From: an uncultured Nitrososphaerota archaeon
GTDB lineage: Archaea > Korarchaeota > Korarchaeia > Korarchaeales > Korarchaeaceae
DNA length: 64,000 nt
Reading direction: 5' to 3'
Assembly: GCA_964594835.1 (NCBI GenBank)
Contig: CAZQNA010000002.1
Coordinates: 177,800-241,799, forward strand
Of the stretch, positions 56,266 to 64,000 are shown in pieces; within the stretch, counting starts at the first letter, position 1; the number at the start of each line of letters is the position of its first letter. The translations under genes were made by a program, and so were the position numbers. Under the pieces are notes generated by a model that had not been told where the DNA came from, made no database searches, and saw only the letters and a list, made by a program, of their open reading frames with translations.

Positions 56266-57887
56266 ATGTCTGACGAGAGGTTCGACGCCCTCGTGAGGGA
56301 GTTCTTCTACAGGTTCCTCGAGCTCGAGCCGGTCATGGCCACCTTCCTGGGCGTCCACGAGCACGACGGGCGGCTGCCCGAGGGGACGCTGAGGCAGATC
56401 CGGGAGGAGGCCAGGCTCGTCAGGGAGTTCCGCGACGAGGTTGAGTCCATTCCCCCGGAGTCCCTCTCAAGGGACAGGAGGATCGACAGGGAGCTAGCGA
56501 TCCAGTCAGCCGATCTGGCGACCTTCCAGCTCGAGGAGCTGAGGAGCTGGGAGAGGTCCGACGGCGTCCCCGACACGGTGGGGGAGGGGGTGTTCCTCCT
56601 CCTCGCCAGGGACTTCGCCCCCCTTGAGAGGAGGCTTGAGAGCGTCGCCTCCAGGCTCGAGGAGGTCCCGGCCTACGAGTCCCGGTCAAGGGAGCTCCTG
56701 AGGGACCCGATCAGGATCTGGGTAGAGATCGCCCTGGAGACGACGAGGTACGCCCCGGCCCTCTTCGGCGCCGCGGCCCAGTCGGCGTCGTCCGAGGGGG
56801 TCCCCGCGGACCTGAGGAGGAGGGTCCAGGAGGCCGCCCAGGCTGCGGCGGAGGCCATGGAGAGGCACGCGAGGTGGCTGGGGGAGGAGGTGATCCCCAG
56901 GGCCAGGGAGGATTTCGCCATAGGCCGGATATGTTCGACAGGCTCCTGGAGCTGAGGGGCATAGAGATGAGCTCCGACGAGATACTCCGGCTGGGCTGGG
57001 ACTACCTGGAGAGGATTAAGGGGGAGAGGGCCGAGATCGCCCGCGCGATAGATCCAGAGGCCTCTCCGGAGGAGGTGCTGGGGAGGATCAAGTCGAGGCA
57101 CCCCGAGACCTTCGAGGAGCTGATAGGGGCCTACAGAACGGCCATCGAGGAGGCCAGGAGGTTCGTGATCGAGAGGGGTATCGCGACGGTCCCGGAGAAC
57201 GAGAGGCTCGACGTGGCGGAGACCCCTGAGTTCCTCAGGCACCTGATACCCATAGCGGCCTACATGCCCCCGGCGAAGTTCGACCCGGTGAGGCAGGGCA
57301 TATACCTCGTGACCCCGCCAGCCACGCCCGAGATGCTCGCGGAGCACAGCTACGCCAGCATCGAGAACACCTCCGTGCACGAGGCGTACCCGGGGCACCA
57401 CCTCCAGTTCTCCTGCGCCCTCGAGAACCCCTCACTCGTGAGGCTCATGTCCCAGCCCATCGAGTTCCAGGAGGGCTGGGCCTTCTACTGCGAGGAGATG
57501 ATGAAGGAGCAGGGCTTCCACGACGACCCGGAGCACAGGCTGATAATGGTCAACGACCTGCTCTGGAGGGCGGCGAGGATCATACTGGACGTCAAGCTCC
57601 ACAGGGGAGAGATGAGCGTTGAGGAGGCCGTGGACTTCCTCGTGGAGCACGTGGGGATGGACAGGAGCGCGGCGACCGCCGAGGTGAGAAGGTACACCAT
57701 GACCCCCACCTACCCGCTCTCGTACCTGCTGGGCAAGCACCTGATCGTCCAGCTCAGGAGGGACCTCGAGAGGAGGCTCGGGGATCGCTTCGACCTGAGG
57801 AGGTTCCACGACACCATGCTCTACGCCGGGAACCTGCCCTGGAGGCTCATGAGGCGCGTCGTGATGGAGGAGTTCGGCCTGGCCTGA
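56266..57887 (+). CDS. DUF885 family protein (putative metallopeptidase fold), frameshifted near 56925
   Basis: PVMATFLGVHEHD N-terminus; HEAYPGHHLQ, EGWAFYCE, WRAARIILDVKLH, EVRRY, SYLLG and FHD. Confidence 0.9.
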
Positions 57888-57895
57888 GCCATCAC

Positions 57896-58990
57896 CTAGA
57901 GCCAGGCCTCCAGGGCCCCTCCCTCGACGCTCACCTCGCCCGGCTCGAACTCGTAAATGTGGGGGCGCAGCCGGGGGTGTCCCCTGTATATCCCGGCCTT
58001 CGTGAAGACGTCGGGCTTGTAGATCATCCTCCCGGATATCCCCAGGCCAGCCAGCCACCTGGCCACCTCCGCCACGCTCCTGGGCTCCAGGAAGTTCGGG
58101 GTGTACACCATGAGGGCCTTCGAGTCCTCCCTCCTCCAGCTCAGCTTGGCCCTGAGCGCCGGTACCGAGCCGGAGGCTATCGCCGTCGCGACCTCTCGGA
58201 ACAGGCGCACGGCCTCCCTCGTGGACAGGAAGGCTATCCACTTCCCCACGACCGTGGGGCTCCCCTCGAGCCTCGAGGGCCTCCTCAGGAGGGAGATCGC
58301 GTGGCTCAGCTCCTGTCTGAGGACCCTGAGGCCCGTCTCCCTGGCGGCCTCGAGGACCGAGACCGTCCCGGCAAACCCGCCGAGGGCGCTCGCCACGTTG
58401 GGGGCCGACACCCTCGGGTTCTCCGGCGACCACACCCATCCCCTGGCCGGCCTGAACGTCTCAGACCTGACCATGGCCGTCATGAGCCTCTCGAGCCTCG
58501 GCCTGGCCTCGATCTCCCCGAGGGCGGGGAGCTCCAGGGACCACCTTGAGGGTGGGATCGAGCTCAGGCACTTCCACACCTCAACGGCCAGGTCGACCAG
58601 CCTGGCCGCCTCCGTGCGGGAGAGCCCGTTCACGGCCTGAACCCAGTAGAAGGCCTCGCCGAACCTCCGCCTGAGCTGGGCCAGCCCCAGGTGGGTGGCC
58701 AGGTGGCACTTCGCGCACAGGCTCCTGAACCCCACCAGCCTCGCCACGGCCGAGCCGTCGGACTCCTCGTACTCCCAGACCTCGTCCAGCTCCTCGGCCC
58801 TCGAGCCGCAGATCTCGCACTCCCTGGACCTCCTGACGGTCCTGAGCACCGCCCGAGGGTCCGGGGCGTCCTCGCCCTCCTCCAGCCAGAGCTCGAGCAC
58901 CCTGGGGTCCATCTCGGCGAGGCTCGAGAGGGAGACCCAGAATAGGGGCTCTGGGACGAGCTTGGGCCTGAGCCTCAGCCCCCCTGCCAT
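57896..58990 (-). CDS. HNH-like Zn-binding nuclease domain fused to a DUF1917 (Bles03/C11orf68-like) domain
   Basis: LVPEPLF, CEICG, LDEVWEY and LCAKCHLATH; C-terminal GKWIAF, AKLS, VYTPNF and YKPDVFTKAGIY. Confidence 0.75.
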   Translation of the reverse strand: MAGGLRLRPKLVPEPLFWVSLSSLAEMDPRVLELWLEEGEDAPDPRAVLRTVRRSRECEICGSRAEELDEVWEYEESDGSAVARLVGFRSLCAKCHLATHLGLAQLRRRFGEAFYWVQAVNGLSRTEAARLVDLAVEVWKCLSSIPPSRWSLELPALGEIEARPRLERLMTAMVRSETFRPARGWVWSPENPRVSAPNVASALGGFAGTVSVLEAARETGLRVLRQELSHAISLLRRPSRLEGSPTVVGKWIAFLSTREAVRLFREVATAIASGSVPALRAKLSWRREDSKALMVYTPNFLEPRSVAEVARWLAGLGISGRMIYKPDVFTKAGIYRGHPRLRPHIYEFEPGEVSVEGGALEAWL

Positions 58991-59125
58991 AGCCCTGTAA
59001 GCCTTGACCTGCCGGTCGCAGCGGCCCAAGCTCCCCCTCGCGGGGTGGAGCCGGTAGCCAAAAATGGTTTCCAACCCGGACCCGCGCCCGTCGACCCTTA
59101 AAAGCCGGGGCCGAGACTACGGACG

Positions 59126-59398
59126 ATGCGCGCCAGAGAGCTGATCGGCAAGGGAGTCGTGACCACCGACGGGTTCCTCCTGGGGAAGGTCTCCGACCTC
59201 ATAATCGACCTGGGCGAGTGGAGGGTGGTGGAGCTGGTGGTCTCCCTGAGCGGGCAGGCCGCCCGGCAGCTGAGCCTCAAGAAGTTCATAGGGAGCCCAA
59301 AGGTCGCCCTCCCCGTGGGGCACGTCTCTGGGATCAGGGACGTCATATCCCTGTCGGCGGACACGGCGTCCCTCAAGTCGGCCCTGAGGGAGGTCTAG
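59126..59398 (+). CDS. PRC-barrel domain protein
   Basis: ARELIGKGVVTTDGFLLGKVSDLIID. Confidence 0.9.
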   Translation: MRARELIGKGVVTTDGFLLGKVSDLIIDLGEWRVVELVVSLSGQAARQLSLKKFIGSPKVALPVGHVSGIRDVISLSADTASLKSALREV

Positions 59399-61709
59399 CC
59401 CCAGGCCGGAGGCGACTTAGGGCCAGCGCCGACGCTGCCGCTGCCGACAGCGCGAGGGAGAGGATCAGGGACCAGGGGCCCAGGAAGATTGTGGTCCCGT
59501 CGACGGAGGCCGCCGGCCGGCTGGAGCCCTCCATGACCACGTAGACCTCGACTCTGAGCCTGCCGACGTCACCGAATCCTGCGTCCACAGGCCTCTCGAC
59601 CCTCAGGCCTCCCTCACCTACGGACACCGGAAACCACGACTCGAAGCGGCCGTTGACCCTCACCACGGCGGTCCCGTTCCACCTCCCCTCGACCTCGCCC
59701 GTGGGGGCCAGGGTGAGGCGAAGGTTGACCCTCCCGAGGGATACCTCGGGGAGATCCAGCTCCGCCGTCAACCCAGACACGCTCACCTCCTCCGTCCCGA
59801 TCCAGCGTCCCAGCCGAGACTCCACATCGACCCCGACCCTCTGGGGGCCTGCCCCCTGGGTCCAAACGGTCAGGGACCCGCCCAGGTGGCCGTTGTGTAG
59901 ATAGGCCTGCCTCGGCCCCCTCCACCTGCTCCCCCCGACGGGCGAGAGGTTCAGCTCCAGGAAGGCCGCCTCGGGGGCCTCCGGGTGCTCCGCCTCTGGA
60001 GGGGCGGGCAGGGGGTTGGGGCTGAAGGGGAGGGGCCTCAGGTCGAGGGAGAAGTTAACGAGGGCGCCGAGCACCCCTGGAGACGCCCGAATACTCAGTT
60101 CGGCATCGCCCACCGCGGCGTAGACCGTCTCCCGATGCAGGACATCCCCGGCCCGGTCGAGCACCACCAGGAGTAGCCTGTGGACCCCGACGGGCAGCTC
60201 CAGATCGGCAGAGACCCCATCAGGGCCCCCCGACACCTCGGAGATCGGCCGGGCATCACCGCTCCCCTCCTCCCACACGAGCAGCCTGAGGGGTCCGTCG
60301 GCCTGGCGCGCGGGGCGGACCTCGATCGAGAGTCGCCCGACCCCATCGCCGGCCACCACGTAGTCCGAGGGGAGGAGCCTGACCTCCCACTCTCCCCGCG
60401 GGGCTGGCCTGGTCTCCACGCAGGCTATGCCCTCGACCAGCGACCTCCCGGCCAGGGAGGTCGAGCCCACCAGGAGCTCGTACCTCCCGTCTCCGTCGAC
60501 GTCTGCCGGCACGGCAAAGCCGAGGGTCCCCCCGAACCACAGCGTTCGCTCCTCTTCTCCGGTCAGAGCGTCCAGCACCTGGAGGACGCCCCCCTCCAGG
60601 TAGGACGAGTGGAACAGCAGCTCGAGGTCTCCGTCCGAGTCAGCTTCCGCCAGGAGAGCCCCCCAGTAGGAGCAGCCGGTCCGCCTCCTCCACTCAACCT
60701 CGCCCGTGGAACCGTCTATGGAGACCAGCTCCCCGATGCACCCTCCCCAGGCTCCTATCTCCGTCTGGACGAACACCTCCGCGGACCCGTCACCGTCCAC
60801 GTCGCCGGCCGACACGTGGGGGAGGACCTGACCCCACGTCTCAACGGTCCACCTGATCCCGGAGGGGACGTCTACGCCCGAGACCGCGCCTCCCACGGCG
60901 GCCACGATCTCCAGATCTCCGTCTCCGTCCAGGTCAACGAGTAGGGGGCGGGGAGGGAGACCGCGCGGTGTCCCCCCGGAAGGCACCCTTAGGCGAAGCT
61001 CCTCCGACGTGGACTCGCCGTACACTATGACCAGGCTCCCGCCGGGGGAGAGGACGACCACCTCCGAGGCACCGTCTCCATCCACGTCGCCCGACGAGAG
61101 GGCCACGCTCGAGCCGAGGGCGGTCGACCTCAACAGGCCCAGCCGCGCCCCAGTCGACCCCTCCAGAAGGAGCAATCCCTCCGCGGTCGCGGCGGCGACC
61201 TCGGGCCGCCCGTCCCCATTCATGTCCCCGACCGCCAGGTCAAGAGAGGTCGGGCGGATTCCCTCGACCTTCCAGAGGACCGATCCGCTCCCGTTCACCG
61301 CGAGGATGCAGCCATAGCAGGCCAGGGCGATGTCCTGGATGCCGTCGCCGTCCAGGTCATGGAGGGAGGGCGGGCTCGGGGGAAGGATGCCGACGGTCAG
61401 CTGGATCCGCCACTCCTCGGCGCCGCTTCCGGCGTCCAGGCAGAAGAGGACCCCGTCGGAGGTGACGAACACGACCTCCAGATCCCCGTCTCCGTTAACG
61501 TCTCCGACCGCCGGATCTCCCCACGGCACGGCGTAGGCCCGCCAGAGTATCCACGGCTCCCCCGGGCCGAGATCGACCTCCACGGGAGGCGAGGGGCCCG
61601 CTTGAGCTGCGGCGCCAGTCTCCGGCTGACAGGCCCCGGGGAGGGAGGTCGGTGGCGACTGCGACAGGATCAGCGCCGCCAGGAGGAGACCGGGCAGGGG
61701 GAAGGGCAC
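59373..61709 (-). CDS. FG-GAP/PQQ-like beta-propeller surface protein with a C-terminal TM anchor
   Basis: Seven to eight D(V/L)DGDG..E repeats with W-containing blades; signal peptide; hydrophobic C-terminus. Confidence 0.85.
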   Translation of the reverse strand: MPFPLPGLLLAALILSQSPPTSLPGACQPETGAAAQAGPSPPVEVDLGPGEPWILWRAYAVPWGDPAVGDVNGDGDLEVVFVTSDGVLFCLDAGSGAEEWRIQLTVGILPPSPPSLHDLDGDGIQDIALACYGCILAVNGSGSVLWKVEGIRPTSLDLAVGDMNGDGRPEVAAATAEGLLLLEGSTGARLGLLRSTALGSSVALSSGDVDGDGASEVVVLSPGGSLVIVYGESTSEELRLRVPSGGTPRGLPPRPLLVDLDGDGDLEIVAAVGGAVSGVDVPSGIRWTVETWGQVLPHVSAGDVDGDGSAEVFVQTEIGAWGGCIGELVSIDGSTGEVEWRRRTGCSYWGALLAEADSDGDLELLFHSSYLEGGVLQVLDALTGEEERTLWFGGTLGFAVPADVDGDGRYELLVGSTSLAGRSLVEGIACVETRPAPRGEWEVRLLPSDYVVAGDGVGRLSIEVRPARQADGPLRLLVWEEGSGDARPISEVSGGPDGVSADLELPVGVHRLLLVVLDRAGDVLHRETVYAAVGDAELSIRASPGVLGALVNFSLDLRPLPFSPNPLPAPPEAEHPEAPEAAFLELNLSPVGGSRWRGPRQAYLHNGHLGGSLTVWTQGAGPQRVGVDVESRLGRWIGTEEVSVSGLTAELDLPEVSLGRVNLRLTLAPTGEVEGRWNGTAVVRVNGRFESWFPVSVGEGGLRVERPVDAGFGDVGRLRVEVYVVMEGSSRPAASVDGTTIFLGPWSLILSLALSAAAASALALSRLRPGARPPSGPT

Positions 61710-61752
61710 CGACCCACCGGCAGGGAGGTGAGGTCGGTCGATAAAAACCGGG

Positions 61753-62337
61753 CTAAGGCGCCCGCTGGCCGGATCCTTCACGCCCGCCGAGAGATACGAG
61801 CCGCACCATGTCGGCGTACCAGGCCAGCCAGGCCGCGACGGCGATGAGCTCTGGGACGGCGAGGCCCCACCGCACGTCGAGCCGCGAGTACGCGATCCAC
61901 CCGGCCAGCGACACCGGGATGGCGGTCGCCGGCAGGGGCGATCTCCTCTCCCATGAGTAGACCCCGGCCGCCCCCATCAGGACGAGGAAGAAGACCACGG
62001 CCGAGAGGTTGTGCGGGGCCCCGTAGCTCTCGTCGAACACCGCCACGAGGATCAGCAGGTAGGAGGCCGCGCCGAGGGTAGCCGAGGTGATGGGAAACCT
62101 CCTGCGACCGTAGGCCGCCGAGAACGCCAGGAGGATGGATCCTCCCGTGGCCAGGCCGAGGTTGAAGGTCACGGCCGATGGGCTGAGCAGGGCGTGACCC
62201 AGATCGCTCAGGGCGTTGCTTCTCCAGCTGAACTCTGGACAGGAGGCGATCGAGGCCGCCACGCCGCCGAGAGCTGCCGTCGGGCCGAGCACCCCCAGGA
62301 GTAGAGCGGCCCACCTCACCCTTGGTCCCAGGCTCAT
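61753..62337 (-). CDS. DUF998 family membrane protein
   Basis: FSWRSNALSDLG, FNLGL, HNLSAVVFF and AVPE. Confidence 0.85.
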   Translation of the reverse strand: MSLGPRVRWAALLLGVLGPTAALGGVAASIASCPEFSWRSNALSDLGHALLSPSAVTFNLGLATGGSILLAFSAAYGRRRFPITSATLGAASYLLILVAVFDESYGAPHNLSAVVFFLVLMGAAGVYSWERRSPLPATAIPVSLAGWIAYSRLDVRWGLAVPELIAVAAWLAWYADMVRLVSLGGREGSGQRAP

Positions 62338-62530
62338 CGAGTTTCAGGGAACAGCGTCCTAGATAATCCCGTCCCGCGCAGCGCCGGCCGGGCCCCCGCG
62401 AGTAGACCGCCTGGCGCCCGCCAGCCATCAAAGAGAGACCAGGCAACCAATCCGCAGGTCGAGGCCGGAGCAGCCGCTCAGTTGATCGCGCCGGCGCGGG
62501 AGGATCGTCGTCGGCGTGCAGCCGACGCTA

Positions 62531-62546
62531 GGCAAAATATTTTGCC
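62531..62546. promoter_or_regulatory. Perfect 16-bp palindrome GGCAAAATATTTTGCC; candidate operator
   Basis: Lies in a divergent intergenic region ~20 bp upstream of a CTTAAAT TATA-like box. Confidence 0.5.
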
Positions 62547-62673
62547 GAATTCGGCCGGGCGCAGCCTTAAATCTGTGAGGAGTTCACTTGTTAAGTTCGC
62601 ATCCTCTGAAGCTGGCTTCATGCCCGAAGGCGTGACTCCTTCTTCACGAGGCTTGCGGGCCGATCAGCGGGAG

Positions 62674-63990
62674 ATGAAGTCCCTCATGAGGTCTCACCTC
62701 TCGGCGATCGCTCTGGCCTACTCGCTGCCCCTCATCCTCGTCCTTGCCCTCTTCACGCCCTGCGCACCGACTGGGGCCTCCGACACGCCTCCGGAGGCTG
62801 TCCCGCCCGCGCTCAACTTCGGAACCGTCTACGTTGGGTCCGTGGTGGAGGGAGGGTTCGGGATAGACGGCACCAACCTGGTCGAGGTAAAGTCCGCCCC
62901 CGCCTGGATTACCGTCTTGGAGGTCGATCCCGAGGCGGTTAACCCTGCGGGGAGGGGGAGCGTGGAGCTCAGGGTAGACACGTCCTCCCCCGGAGTCTTC
63001 AGCGGGGCCGTGGTGGTTGAGACAGAGGCCGGGGGACATCTCGGTGCCGGCGTCCGTGGAGGTGAGGGACTCCCCTCCCACCAGGCTGAGCGTCCTCGTA
63101 TACGAGTCACCGTTCCATCCGATGGCGACGCCCGATCCCTCCCACTACGATCACCTCAGAGAGCTGATGGAGTCGGCCATGGTCAACGTCAGCTACGTTG
63201 AGCTGGTGGGCTGGCCTCAGATCTCGGATTCCCTCGACCAGTTCGACGTCGTGATCCTGGGGGCAGGGGCGCGTGGTGCCCGGATCCGGACAAGCTCAAG
63301 GACTACGTCAGGTCCGGCGGGTACCTCGTGGTCTTCGCCAGCAGGTCCTGGGGCGGCGGCCAGATGGACCGGGCGAACGGGGTGATCGAGGACCTCGGGC
63401 TGAGGTTCAGATACGAGGAGATAGGCTACAACGTCGAGGCCCACGAGATAGCCGACCACTGGCTCACTGAGGGGGTGTCAAGGATCAAACAGTTCCGCCC
63501 AGCTCCCGTGGAGACCATCTCGGCCGAGGCCACGGTGATCGCCAGCTACGCTGGATCCCCTCCGGGAGAGGGGATGATGGCCTTCTCCCGGGTCGGGGAC
63601 AGTGGGGTCCTGGCGATCGGGTCGTCGCCCACCTGGTGGTACTTCTTCCTAGGGAGGGCCGACAACGACAGAGTTCTTCTGAACCTCTTCGATCAAGCGG
63701 CTGCCGGATCCGGAGGCGGAGGCGGGACCCCGACGACCACCCCTGCCCCGACCACCACACAGCCGCCCACCCAGACTCAGCCCCCCACGAGGCCTCCAAA
63801 GTCCCCCGCAGCGACGACCCCGGCCGGATTCAGAGGAGGCGGCTGGCTCTCCACCACCGTGGCCGCGGCCATCGGCGCGGTGGCGGGGGCGGTCGTGGTC
63901 GCCATGGCGGTGTGGGCAGCTTCGAGGAGCAGGCCCAGGGCTAGGAGAACCACTTCCCCTCAGGGGGACGAGAAGGCAATCACTTACTGA
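62674..63990 (+). CDS. Membrane-anchored surface protein (Ig/BACON-like plus DUF4350/GATase-like domain, P/T linker); two compensating frameshifts
   Basis: Signal peptide; LNFGTV..APAWITV; FDVVIL...LKDYVRSGGYLVV; TM plus basic tail. Frame changes at G runs ~63031 and ~63260. Confidence 0.75.
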
Positions 63991-64000
63991 GGGGGGCGCC

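Noticed and set aside
1-64000. CRISPR arrays, tRNA/rRNA genes, integrases and IS elements
   Set aside because: I saw no regularly spaced repeats, cloverleaf/T-loop signatures or recombinase/transposase motifs by eye. A covariance-model scan could still find small RNAs.

Overview
High-GC, AGG/ATA-codon-rich chromosomal window from a thermophilic archaeon. It is TACK-like and possibly Korarchaeota; this taxonomy is inferred from form III RuBisCO, FBP aldolase/phosphatase, archaeal TpiA, IPCT/DIPPS, and MNT-HEPN and VapBC modules. The window opens inside a giant (>2400 aa) Cys-rich DUF11-repeat surface protein ending in a membrane segment and a degenerate PIN domain. Next come a Tat-signal protein/Zn-dependent phospholipase C-like pair, two convergent MNT-HEPN pairs, housekeeping enzymes and transporters, a membrane-anchored coiled-coil giant, an extended IPCT/DIPPS, tpiA, vapBC, glcD/glcF-like genes and an MFS-DUF47 fusion. 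The second half holds a lower-GC pstSCAB-phoU cassette, an rbcL/fbp/pckA carbon cluster, an AT-rich four-gene island of unknown function, and several surface proteins. I found no rRNA, tRNA, CRISPR array, integrase or transposase by eye. Five genes are split at or next to short homopolymers, which points to long-read indel errors. The best candidates for an undescribed system are the DUF11-TM-PIN giant and the AT-rich island (IMPase-like, nucleotidyltransferase, unknown protein, membrane protein). All calls come from motif reading only; no searches were run.
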